Positions 24,262 to 36,431 of a stretch of 64,000 nucleotides of DNA are shown here, piece after piece. Made by a program: the position numbers and the translations under genes. This DNA is from Raja brachyura (lineage: Eukaryota). The number at the start of each line of letters is the position of its first letter. Positions within the stretch are counted from its first letter, which is position 1. The stretch covers positions 41,912,001 to 41,976,000 of the forward strand of contig OY740804.1 in assembly GCA_963514005.1 (NCBI GenBank), read 5' to 3'. A model generated the notes under the pieces. That model worked only from the letters and a program-made list of their open reading frames with translations. It made no database searches and was not told the origin of the DNA.

Positions 24262-26292
24262 TCACGTTACAACCACAAACGTAAATGTATTTTATTGGGA
24301 TTTTATGTGATAGGCCAACCCAAAGTGGTGCATAATTGTCAAGTGGAAGGAAAATGATACATGGTTTCCAAATTTTATAACCAAATAACCATATAACCAT
24401 ATAACAATTACAGCACGGAAACAGGCCTTCTCGGCCCCTCCAGTCCGTGCTGACCATTTATTTTCCCCTAGTCCCATCTACCTGCACTCAGACCATACCC
24501 CTCCATTCCCTTCCCGTCCATATACCTATCCACTTTACTTTTAAATGTTAAAATCGATCCTGCCTCCACCACTTCTGCAGGAAGATCATTCCACACAGCC
24601 ACCACTCCCTGAGTAAAGAAGTTCCCCCTCATGTTACCCCTAAACTTCTGTCCCTTAATTCTCATGTCATGCCCTCTTGTTTGAATCTTCCCTACCCTCA
24701 ATGGGAAAAGCTTATCCACGTCAACTCTGTCTATCCCTTTCATCATTTTAAAGACCTCAATCAAGTCCCCCCTTAACCTTCTGCGCGCCAAAGAATAAAG
24801 ACCTAACCTATTATAAATAAAAAACTGAAAAGTGTGGCGTGCAAAAGTACTCAGCCCCCCTGAGTCAATACTTTGTAGAACTACCTTTTGCTGCAATTAC
24901 AGCTGCAAGTTTTTTAAGGTATGTCTCTACCAGCTTTGCACATCTAGAGACTGAAATTTCTGCCCATTCTTCTTTGCAAAATAGCTCAAGCTCAGTTAGA
25001 TTGGATGGAGAGCGTCTGTGAACAGCAATTTTCAAGTCTTGCCAGAGATTCTCAATTGGATTTAGGTCTGGACTTTGACTGGACCATTCTAACACATGAA
25101 TATGCTTTGATCTAAACCATTCCATTGTAGCTCTGGCTGTATGTTTAGGGTCGTTGTCCTGCTGGAAGGTGAACCTCCACCCCAGTCTCAAGTCTTTTGC
25201 AGACTCTAACAGGTTTTCTTCCAAGATTGCCCTGTATTTGGCTCCATCCATCTTCCCATCAACTCTGACCAGCTTCCCTGTCCCTGCTGAAGAAAAGCAT
25301 CCCCACCGCATGATGCTGCCAGCACCATGTTTCACAGTAGGGATGGTGTGTTCAGGGTGTTGTGCAGTGTTAGTTTTCCGCCACACATAGCATTTTGCAT
25401 TTAGGCCAAAAACTTCCATTTTGGTCTCATCATACCATATAACCATATAACCATATAACCATATAACCATATACCAGAGCACCTTCCTCCACATTTTTGC
25501 TGTGTCCCCCACATGACTTGTGGAAAACTGCAAACGGGACTTCTTATGGCTTTGTTTCAACAATGGTTTTCTTCTTGCCACTCTTCCATAAAGGCCCGAT
25601 TTGTGGAGTGCACGACTAATAGTTGTCCTGTGGACAGATTCTCCCACCTGAGCTGTGGATCTCTGCAGCTCCTCCAGAGTTACCATGGGCCTCTTGGCTG
25701 CTTCTCTGACCAATGCTCTCCTTGCCCGGCCTGTCAGTTTAGGTGGGCGGCCATGTCTTGGTATGTTTGCAGTTGTGCCATACTCTTTCCATTTTCGGAT
25801 GATGGATTGAACAGTGCTCCGTGAGATGGTCAAAGCTTGGGATTTTTTTTTAACCTAACCCTCCTTTAAACTTCTCCACATCTTTATCCCTGACCTGTCT
25901 AGTGTGTTCCTTGGGCTTCATGATGCTGTTTGTTCACTAATGTTCTCTAACAAACCTCTGAGGCCTTCACAGAACAGCTATATTTATACTGAGATTAGAT
26001 TACACACAAGTGGACTCTATTTACTAATTAGGTGACTTCTGAAGGCAATTGGTTGCACTGGATTTTATTTTGGGGTATCAGAGTAAAGGGGGCTGAATTA
26101 TTTTGCACGCCACACTTTTTATTTGTAATAAAATTTAAAAACCATGTATCATTTTCCATCCACTTCACAATTATGCGCCACTTTGTGTTGGTCGATCACA
26201 TAAAATCCCAATAAAATACATTTATGTTTGTGGTTGTAACGTAACAAAATGTGGAAAAGTTCAAGGGGTATGAATACTTTTGCAAGCCACTG
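24262..26292 (-). mobile_element. Tc1 (DD34E, IR-DR, Passport-like) DNA transposon
   Basis: Right TIR ends ...TTTTGCAAGCCACTG|TA at 26292. Left TIR lacks its outer ~50 bp and holds a CR1 insert (~24379-24808). Inner direct repeats at ~24839 and ~26090. Confidence 0.9.
24865..25921 (-). pseudogene. Tc1 transposase pseudogene
   Basis: ATG at 25921 (MKPKEHTRQVRDK), stop/frameshift near 25850, then GRPPKL, GRVARRKPLL, DETK, QQDNDPKH, SPDLNPIENLW with D-34-E spacing; 13-aa in-frame insertion. Confidence 0.9.
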
Positions 26293-27168
26293 TATGAAAA
26301 CTAAGAATAATCCTTGGTGAAGGAAATACATGAACATAGAAACATAGACACATAGAAAATAGCTGCAGGAGGAGGCCATTCGGTCCTTCGATCCAGCACC
26401 GCCATTCATTGTGATCATGGCTGATCGTCCCCAACCAATAGGGCACATCTCAGTGCACAATACGTAACAGCAGGCCATAACCTGAGAGTCAGATGGGAGT
26501 TGTACCCCCAGGCCCACAGCCAACGCAAAGCCTGGCCCGCCAGGTTAACTTACAGCCCTGCCTGGACTTGCGGGAAATATGGCCAGGTTTACAGCCAGCA
26601 TGCGCACGTGGCCACCAAGAAATTGTGTGTGTCCCGTGTTCCCCCGGTCCCCTCCGTATTTTGATAGCGATTTCCGTGCCTGTAAATATAGCAAACTAGG
26701 TTGTGCTTTTGTAGTTCCGCTTTTATTTGTGTTTTAACAGAAACATATTACAGAGACGCTTTTAAAAGCATAACACGAAGTGGTCAAAACAACTGAATTC
26801 CACACTGAGACCAGGTACATTGAACATGTAGCTCGAGAGTCAAAGGTTAGCTCTGAATTAAGAACGGGACAATTGAGCAGAAAAGGAGTAAATAGATATT
26901 TGCTCATACACGGAATGTGCGGACGCGTTGGATTGTTGGGTATGTTGGGCCCTGCTGAGTGCCACCCACCCCCATGGACTGTCTCCCTCGGATCGCACAG
27001 ACACATCTGCACTTTAGTCTGTTTTGACTGTTTTACTGTTTTAATGTTCTTTTTACAAACCATGTTCTTGGGGTATCTAAATCTAAATGTTATTAGTTAT
27101 TTAAGATGACATCGGATGGAAGCTGCATACCCAAATCTAGTTGCACTTGTGTCCAATGACAATAAAAT

Positions 27169-27224
<56 letters not shown>

Positions 27225-27269
27225 TGTTATAGTTTAATATAGGATAATATAGTATAATATAAAATCCTA

Positions 27270-27900
27270 ATGTAGGATTTGAGTATAGGAGCAGGGAGGT
27301 TCTACTTCAGTTGTATAGGGTCTTGGTGAGGCCACACCTGGAGTATTGCATACAGTTCTAGTCTCCAAATCTGAGGAAGGACATTATTGCCATAGAGGGA
27401 GTGCAGCGAAGGTTCACCAGACTGATTCCTGGGATGTCACGACTGTCTTATGAACAAAGACTGCATAGACTCGGTTTATACTCTCTAGAATTTAGGAGAT
27501 TGAGAGGGGATCTTATAGAAACTTACAAGATTCTTAAGGGGTTGGACAGGCTAGATGCAGGAAGATTGTTCCTGATGTTGGGGAGGTCCAGGACAAGGGG
27601 TCACAGCTTAAGGATAAGGGGGAAATCCTTCAGGACCGAGATGAGAAGGAATTTTTTCACACAGAGTGGTGGGTCTCTGGAACTCTCTGCCACAGAGGGT
27701 AGTTGAGGCCAGTTCATTGGCTATATTTAAGAGGGAGTTAGATGTGGCCCTTGTGGCTAAGGGGATCAGAGGGTATGGAGAGAAGGCAGGTAAGGGATAC
27801 TGAGTTGGATGATCAGCCATGATCATATTGAATGGCGGTGCAGGCTCGAAGGGCCGAATGGCCTACTCCTGCACCTAATTTCTATGTTTCTATGTTTCTA

Positions 27901-27902
<2 letters not shown>
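27270..27902 (+). mobile_element. CR1-type LINE 3' fragment flanked by (ATT)n microsatellites
   Basis: VQRRFTRLIPGM...SLEFRRLRGDLIETYKIL; (TTTCTATG)n tail; (ATT)n at ~27170-27223 and 27903-27962. Confidence 0.88.
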
Positions 27903-27963
<61 letters not shown>

Positions 27964-28562
27964 ACATGCATTTACTTTACATTGTATTTACAGGACTTTG
28001 GTTAGGCCGCACTTGGAGCATAGTGTGGAGGTCAGGTAATCCCTTCGAAGGAATAATGTGGAGGCTTTGGAGAAGATGCAGAAGAGGCTTACTAGAATGC
28101 TGCAGGGGTTAGAATTATTAGCTATAAGAAGAGGTTGGCAAACATGGATCTGGTAGAAGTTGTTAGAATAATGGCAGGCATAGATAGTGTTTGTGAATTT
28201 AACATGAAGTTGACGATCTCACACAAACAGCGTTCCCGACTTTCTATACAACGACATTCAACACCGGAAGGACACAAATATGGCCCATGCTAAAGAAAAA
28301 GAGAATGAATAGAAAAAAAGACAAAAAGAAACGTTTACCGTTTGAGAAAATTGACTTTTTTTCACGGGATATTCAAATTACGATTAAAATAGTTTGATAC
28401 ATTAACGCTATACTAAAGGCAACTGGGCAATATCAAACAAGTCAGATAGACAGAATGGACTGTTGCTTATGATATTGTCCGCTTCAGATTTGAACATTTC
28501 CCTTAGTTACAACGACGTCCGTAGACCGGTCCGAAATATACGCGGTTTTCAACATTCAATCG

Positions 28563-28571
28563 TCACTTGAC
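28563..28571 (-). CDS. IGHM: IgM TM2 exon (VK-stop; KVK cytoplasmic tail)
   Basis: Pyrimidine tract TCTCTCCCTCTCTTTACAG| then GTC AAG TGA, 134 bp after TM1. Confidence 0.9.
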   Translation of the reverse strand, partial: VK

Positions 28572-28705
28572 CTGTAAAGAGAGGGAGAGAATATGAAAGT
28601 GTATTAGCAGTCTGTGACTAAGATGCCAGGACATCCAACGAGTACGATAATCGATATGTTGCCGTCCTCTTCAATCAGGTGGAAGAGTAAGTGGAATGAA
28701 CTTAC

Positions 28706-28833
28706 TTTCGCCAGAGTTACGGTAGCGCCGTAGGAAATGCTCAGGAAGAACAGGATAATGAATGTGGGAGCGGTTGTCCAGATGTTGTCTCTGTCTTCCT
28801 CATAGTCCTCAAGAGGAACGTTGTCGGCGTAAT
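28706..28833 (-). CDS. IGHM: IgM transmembrane exon TM1
   Basis: Acceptor GCGTAG|; DYADNVPLEDYEEDRDNIWTTAPTFIILFFLSISYGATVTLAK; donor |GTAAGT; antigen-receptor TM motif. Confidence 0.93.
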
Positions 28834-29603
28834 CTACGCAAAGCAGAACGCGAAGACGTTCACAATATATTCTAATATAGAACATTGTATTGTATTTATT
28901 ATTTAGCAAAATAATACGAATATTAATATTAGGGATATTAATTTCCTATGAGCTGTTTTTAGGTTGAGGTGATCATCCATCCTCAACAATTGTATCCACA
29001 ACCATGGCCACTTGTAGACACAGCTGCTAATAAACAACTGTTTATGAATAGTTTTGGAGAAAGCAATGTGTATGTATATTTCTGGGATTCATTATTCATT
29101 CTATAAACGTCCGCTTCCCATTAATATAATTTACTAACCGGGATGGTATAAAACTTGAAGCTGGTTATTGCTTACAATGTTATCACATAACACTTTATTT
29201 GGAGATGGTGACCGGAGCTCGGCGAAGGAACTCACTGAATGCAAACATTGGCTCCCAATAATTTGCCCTAATTCCCGCATTAGAACCCTGTTGTCTGATG
29301 TATCCTGCTTTCGGTTAGGGGATGGAGGAAGGCTTGGGTACAAAAAATAACGTTGAACCATTTTATAGGCATTATTTTTCTAGTGTGAAATATGGAGCAT
29401 GAATGATCTACGGTTACACTTAGTTTTTAGGATCGCGTGGGAAACTACTGGTTAAATGATCTGAATGGCCCTTCCGTTTGCCTGTAACTAGGTAGATGTG
29501 TATCATTGAGTATAAGTTTTCCAAAATCCTCATATCGTTTCCGTATGGTTCATGGTTGTGTGTGTGTGTGTGTGTGTGCGCGCGTGCGCGCGTGCGTGTG
29601 TGT

Positions 29604-30078
29604 NNNNNNNNNNNNNNNNNNNNNNNNNNNNNNNNNNNNNNNNNNNNNNNNNNNNNNNNNNNNNNNNNNNNNNNNNNNNNNNNNNNNNNNNNNNNNNNNN
29701 NNNNNNNNNNNNNNNNNNNNNNNNNNNNNNNNNNNNNNNNNNNNNNNNNNNNNNNNNNNNNNNNNNNNNNNNNNNNNNNNNNNNNNNNNNNNNNNNNNNN
29801 NNNNNNNNNNNNNNNNNNNNNNNNNNNNNNNNNNNNNNNNNNNNNNNNNNNNNNNNNNNNNNNNNNNNNNNNNNNNNNNNNNNNNNNNNNNNNNNNNNNN
29901 NNNNNNNNNNNNNNNNNNNNNNNNNNNNNNNNNNNNNNNNNNNNNNNNNNNNNNNNNNNNNNNNNNNNNNNNNNNNNNNNNNNNNNNNNNNNNNNNNNNN
30001 NNNNNNNNNNNNNNNNNNNNNNNNNNNNNNNNNNNNNNNNNNNNNNNNNNNNNNNNNNNNNNNNNNNNNNNNNNNNNN
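29604..30078. other. Assembly gap inside the CH4-TM1 intron, next to a (GT)n/(GC)n microsatellite
   Basis: Run of N. Confidence 1.
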
Positions 30079-31516
30079 GTGCGTTGTTGTGGAACATCTA
30101 TTTCAACATCAATCAGCATTTATGCAGAAGAAAAAATATAAAATGAGCCAGTAAATCCACTAACGTGTATTGTCACAGGAAATTTGCTTTGAAAGTCCAT
30201 TGGTATTAAAGTGAGAGCCTAAATGCATTTGTGTTGTATTAATGTGGGGGTTTTGTGCAAATATGCGCTTTTAGCTCACCGTTCCTATTATTTTGCATTT
30301 CAAAGAATATTTGATTGCTGGTCTGTTTAGATGGATGTCTACGTGCTATGGGGTAAATATGTCGTTAATTGCGTTTTATGTATGTTTCTATGCGAACCCA
30401 TAAATGATTTTATTTTCGTGCGTTTGCTGATGTTTTGTGGTGAGTCTGCTTCGTGTACGTTTGGGGTAGAGCTGGAACCGGATGTGGCCTTGTTTAATGC
30501 TCGAGCCCGTGTGCTATTCAATGTCTCACCACATCTGATATTTGGCTCTAAGTTTGTGTTCTCACGAGCCATTCATAGCGCCTGCACACATTGTGATGAC
30601 CGTTTAATAACTGAACGCCACAGCATTCTGGAGCCGGAGTTAAATGGCCCACTTCTTCATGGGAACAATCTATAATGGTGACACTTTATTCTTGTTCTTT
30701 AGGTTCCACTTAGTTGTACTTAGACTTAGTTGCTTTCATTGAATTGTTGCAGGCTGTTCCTGCCCTACGCTCCTGAACACATTCTGCATCATGTGCATCA
30801 AAGGAGCCATTACATTCTCTTACCATTAATATATGGATGTTCCTCTCTCATTCCTTTTTGGGCGCGTTTGTGTGTGTGTGTGTGAGGGAGTGCGTGAGTG
30901 TGTGAGTGAGTGAGTGTGTGACTGCGTGAGTGAGTGAGTGAGTGAGTGTGTGAGTTTATATTGTTAAGTCCTCGTGCAATATTGTTCAGTTCATATATAT
31001 TGAGTGCATGGCACGATGTAAACGTTTCCTGTGATTTTACTGATGGGCGTTCATATAAAACAGTGAATGGGCATTTCAATCTATATGTGGAATTAGAAAT
31101 GTGTGCAGAAATATGCGTGGCACGGCAAAATGCAAATCCCCTCCTGCGGGCGGAGGGAGATGAGTAGCTACTTTTTGCTCGGAGCGCCAGGCCCTACAAA
31201 GCGCAACGTCTGAGATCCTGCCTCAGGTCTGAATGGATTGGAAACGAGAGAAGGAGGGAAATGGAGATCCAAAGGCATGGACCTATATCTGCCCAGCAAG
31301 AGCAACAATGTTGAAGTGTGTCCGCGATTCGTGCAGTGGTGCAGCTGTGACTTATCTCCAAAACCCCGATGTAACTGTGTAGCCTCCATCCGTTTTCCGT
31401 GAATTGTCGCCAGGATTTTCAAGTATCAACGTTAATATAGTCATCATTTTGGCAAAATGATCTATATAATTAATCGGGTGGCCATGTGTTCAGCCCAAGA
31501 TTGGAGGTTAAAGATA

Positions 31517-31558
31517 TTTATTAGCATTTATTTCAGAGAAATTTGAAAGGCATTTATT
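31517..31558 (-). terminator. Three AATAAA polyadenylation signals for secreted mu mRNA
   Basis: TTTATT on the plus strand at 31553-31558, 31527-31532 and 31517-31522, just after the secretory stop codon. Confidence 0.75.
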
Positions 31559-31559
31559 C

Positions 31560-31951
31560 TCATTGACAGGAATTGACAATGTCCATCAATACAAGGGAAA
31601 CGTTGACAAAACTGGGTTTACCGCTGGACTTATTGACCGTTCTGACGATGGTCTTCATGGGGAATGCTTCGTGCCCCACCAGACAGGAGAAGGAGGCTCC
31701 GCTAGCCCACTGCTCTGCCCCAACGGATAACAGGCTGTAGGTGAAGAAGGTTTCATTGCCGTTCTCCGCCTCCACCTCGGTGTTCCGGTACTTGCTCCCA
31801 TCCACCCGCTTGTCATCAACTGTCCACGTGACGAAGACCCTGCGAGGTGAGAATCCTCTCACAAAGCAGGTGAGGGTGATAGTCTTGTGCGCGGAGATCT
31901 CTTCTGTCGGCGGCAGAAGGACTGAGACGGACGGTGGCAGCAGGTGTTGGC
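31560..31951 (-). CDS. IGHM: IgM CH4 exon plus secretory tailpiece
   Basis: Acceptor CCGTAG|; [15 protein letters not shown]...[17 protein letters not shown]...[15 protein letters not shown]...[24 protein letters not shown]. Tail has an NVS glycan site and penultimate Cys. Internal donor G|GTAAA at 31622/31621 for the membrane form. Confidence 0.97.
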
Positions 31952-33170
31952 CTACGGAACAATTCAAATGGCGTTTATTATACAAGACGGTTAAAGCGAT
32001 TAAAATCTAATATATTCGTACCTGAGTAAACTGCCAACCGACAGTATTAACGGCATTGCATTCCCCTTTTGTGACTTGTCTCTTTGTTCAGACATATACA
32101 CCTGAATGTGCGTCTCTGCTGTGCACGGCAGAATATGTGTATGAATCACTTCACACACTCACAACACAAGATCAAGCCATTCGCCCTCTCTGATCCGTGT
32201 TATTTCGGATGACCATGCTCCTTATGTCATGTAATGCTAAATGCAGTTCTACCTTGGTTCATCTGTCTCATTCAATTCCCAAGAGCAACTGAATGAGACT
32301 TTATCAAACCATCGCAGGAGTGCGTATTCGAAATTGATGCAAATGATGGAATTCTAAAATGAATTCAGGGATCGCAGGAAACAATGAGCACGTCGGACGT
32401 TGTGTACGAAAAAAGACAGTAAGAGATGCGTTTGTATGGCGGGGGGAAAATGACCCGTTCTTAAGTTGCTGAGATGATGTTGGAGGGAGTTGAGAGGGGA
32501 AATGGAATTTCGAAATGGGCATTTTGAGCTGGAAAATACAAGCAAAATGGAAAACAAAACACTCCTAGGCTCATTGTCTGCGGCCTTCCTCGGCGTTACA
32601 TCTAATCCCTGTGGCAATCTTTCAGAATCGCATTTCTGTGTAGATGCAGACCATTGGAGTCAATATTAAATGATCTACATTAAGGTGACGTCTTTCCGAT
32701 ATACGGTATTTGAAGGGTTTTTTAAATTTAAATTTCGAGTAACTCGTTTCATGTGCCTAGTTCAGAAACGGGCATTTCTGCTACGTGAGAGTATCTGCGA
32801 TTTACTCCCACAATCACCACATGGTAATTTGGTCGGCAAACCCATATCCCTGCAACTTACAACACCGCTCTGAATACCCATATTGTACCATAGACCAGAG
32901 ACTACGTGTCCGCACGTTGACTCTCGCCGCAAGTTATCATCGATGTTTCCAGTAACCTGTCCGCACCTCATATTCATGCAAAGTCATCTCGTATTCTCTC
33001 TTTTCCAGTTCTGACCAAGGACTCAATGAAGTCTTAGCACTATTTCCTTTTGCATAGATATTGCTTCGCCGACTGAGTGATCTCAATAATTAATTTGTGC
33101 TTTATCTCAGAAGAAAAGTGCACCAGTCACCTCTGGCCCACGGAACATCGCTGCAGTCACCCTGGCTCAC

Positions 33171-33473
33171 CTTTCTTCCAGTTGATTCGTTCTGCTTTTG
33201 GAGCCGGCAGATCATCATGGGTCACCACGCATTCGAAATAATCCCCACTCAGCCAATCACGAGTCGAAATGATGACTTTGCTCTCTACGATATCCTTATG
33301 TTCTGTCGGCTGGATCTCGGATTCCAAATGTTCCTTTTTGCGGTTCCAGGATACTGTGATACCATAAGGTGCATCGGACACCCGACAGGTCAACGTTACG
33401 GTCATCTCCATTAACTCTTGTTCAGCAGGTGGTGGGAGGATTGTAATCTTCAGTTCGGCGAAGGAACTATCAT
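33171..33473 (-). CDS. IGHM: IgM CH3 exon
   Basis: Acceptor TCACAG|; DDSSFAELKITILPPPAEQELMEMTVTLTCRVSDAPYGITVSW...DWLSGDYFECVVTHDDLP; donor G|GTGAGC; 303 nt. Confidence 0.95.
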
Positions 33474-33699
33474 CTGTGACACAATTAATGTGAACATAAG
33501 CATTTGCAGGAGTAACGGGGATCGAAGGTTTACACCAATCACCCGCCCCCAAAACTTTAACGTGTACATGACCCCTTCTGAGTGGTGATCCTGGGAACAT
33601 GGGTCGTAAATCGTCATGGACTGATTTTTGTCTCTGTGCAGAGAACGACACAATAAATGAAATGAGAGATCGCATCGTGGGCTACACCACGACAGGTAC

Positions 33700-36030
33700 A
33701 CAATGCCGGAGGACTGTATCTCAGCGGGTCAGGCACCATCTCCAAGAAAATTAATACGTGCCGTTTCGGGCCTAGACCCTCCATTAGACTGAGAGTCGGG
33801 GGGGGGGGGGGGGGGGGGGGGTAGAGGTATTAATAGGTACAAATTAAAAAACAAGGATCTCCACCTCCTTGCCAGTGATGACCCACTTATACCGTCTCCA
33901 CTGGCTTCCTCCTCTTGGACTTCACAGGATGGCCTTCAACCCTCCTCGACATTTTCATTTCTAACTTTTGACGTGTCATCGGCCGTTTTAACCGTTCCTG
34001 CAGCACTGTGACATTAGCATCAAACCGCCGACAAGGGGTGCCTTGGTTGTCTGGCGAGCTGCCCACTACCGGCTGAGGCCAGATCCCAACACTTGGACAC
34101 CTCCTACTTAACCCTGGACCATGGCTCCACATTATCTCGCCGATCATCTTTAATTTTATCACTTGCGGCTGTCTGCCCTCCAAAACCACAGTACCTTATC
34201 GTTCCTCGGCCCGCGTGGCGCGGGTTCACCTGCTCCCCAAAATCCATTAATTGATTCTGCCAGCTCCAGTCCCCCTGGAATCATTTCCATGCACCGTGAC
34301 TCCATCCTATCTCCTCTGATCCAGTCCCTCCCGACCTCTGTCCAATACACGTCACACGTCCTTAGTTTCTTCAATTACTTTCATTCTCCAGCCCCCAGTG
34401 CCCTCAACTTTACCGTGAGCATTCAGTCACTATACACCTCCACCCCCCGCCAGGGAGAGCTTAATGCCCTACGTGTCTTCATGGACCGCTGAACTAATTT
34501 CCTTCTACTAACACTCCAATCCGCTTAAAGGAACTGCTCCTCACTATCATCAACGTCTCATTAGAATCCTCCCAATTCTTATGGGCCCCAGCTTCGGCTG
34601 CCTCTTTCTCCGCTCGATTGACGACTCCAAAGGGTCTACTTCCTGCACCAATGGAGAACTCACGGACATCATTATCATCATTACCAATTTCCACCCTGCA
34701 CTCAAATTCACGTGATCTCACCGTCTCCATCACAGGAGAAAGCTATCGTCAAACTTCTATTACAAACCTACGGACAACCACAGCTTGCTGGGCAACACTT
34801 CTCATCATGCCTCCTGCAAATGCTCTAACCCCTGGTCACATCCTCTCTCTCCATCGTATCTATTCTGCACCTAAGACGAGCTGTTCCGTACAAGAACATC
34901 CGAGATGTGCTCATTCGTTAGGGAACCGCGTTTCCCCTCTTCTATCATAGATGTCTCATTGTGTTTTACCACTCAGATCACTCGTGTCTCCTCAGTATCC
35001 CGCAGCTCCGCTCTTTCTCCCAGCCCCCCCCCCCCCCCCCCCCCCCCCCACCCGCTCAACAGGGACGGAGCCCCCAAAGTCCTCATCTTTTACCCTGTCA
35101 GCCGTCGCAAACTGCACATAATTCTCCGAAATTGTCGCCACCTCCAACGGGATTCCAGCATCGATCACATCTTTCTATCTCCACCCCTTTCCGCCATTCT
35201 CAGAGAACGTTCCCTCCTCAACTCCCTGTTTAATACATCCCTTCCTGCAGCGATCATCCCATCCCTTGCAACAGCAGGAGATGCAACACTTATCCAGATA
35301 CCTCATCACACGACATCATCCAGGGACGCCGACTGTCCTTTCAGATGAGGCAGAGGTTCACTTGCACCTCCACCAACCACTGTATCCATAGTAGATACAG
35401 TTGTAGATGTGGGTTTCTGTACATCGGTGAATCAAAGCGCAGACTGTGGCGATCGTTTCGCAGAACACCTTCGCTCTGTCCGCCTTGCCCTAGGCTATCA
35501 CCAGCTTGCCAACACATTAAACCCCGTCCCATTCCCACGCAGTCCATTCTGCCCTGGGCTTCCTCCACTGTGAGAGTGCAGCTAAACGCCAATTGGAGGA
35601 ACAACACCTCATATTTCGCTTCGGCAACCTAAAACTCAGCGGTATCAATATTGACTTCTCACTTCATGTAAACCCTTGTATTCCATCACTCTCCGTCCAT
35701 CTCCCACCCTCGTCATCCGACTAGTTTCACCGCGGTCCTGTTTCGTTTCACTCTTTGTGTCTACTTGTTATAACCATTTCACCATTTCCAGAGCAACAAT
35801 GGACCAATGTGGCCTCGACCTTTCCTTGTTCATCGTTGCTGGCTTTGATTTGTTCTTTTCATTCATTTGTTTGTACATTCTCGTACCTCTAATTCCTTCT
35901 CCTCTGATTCTAAGTCGGAAGAAGAGTCGTCACCTATTCATTTTCTCTGCACATGCCTAACCCGCTGTTACTCCGGAATTATGTTTCTACTTTCGGTGCA
36001 AACCAGCATCTGCACTTCCATCCTACACAT
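33700..36030 (+). mobile_element. Degenerate Penelope-like element in the CH2-CH3 intron (antisense to IgM)
   Basis: RT-like fragments and GIY-YIG MRQRFTCTST..IHSRYSCRCGFLYIGESKRRL; terminal sequences shared with other copies. Confidence 0.75.
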
Positions 36031-36119
36031 AGGCTTTCACATTGTCAGTGAAGTACTACCACCGTGAGCGCTAATGTTTACACTAATATCCCGAGACATG
36101 CCACAGATGTATTTCTTAC

Positions 36120-36431
36120 CTAGAGGCCTACTGATGTTTTGGTTTATCAAATATTTTTCATGGTTGACTTGGCAGGTATAGACGACACCTCCGAACCACT
36201 CTGCAGCTGGGAATGTCAACTGGCTGGTCGCCGAGAAGTTACCGTTCACCTGGAGGGCGGGAGAGGTGACGATGCCAGAATCCAATGGCTTTCCATTCTT
36301 CAGCCAGTTCACAGTAAATTTTGCTGGGATGAAATCGTTGACCAAACACACGGCGATCACTTTCCTGCTGCGCTTGATTTCCTCAAGGGCAGCTATGGTA
36401 ATGGTGACGGTAGGATGCTGTACCACGGGTT
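36120..36431 (-). CDS. IGHM: IgM CH2 exon
   Basis: Acceptor TTTAAG|; EPVVQHPTVTIT...VCLVNDFIPAKFTVNWLKNGKPLDSGIVTSP...YTCQVNH; donor G|GTAAGA; 312 nt. Confidence 0.95.

Noticed and set aside
29420-30154. ORFs spanning N runs (also 4340-4647 and 46429-47292)
   Set aside because: Artefacts of assembly gaps.
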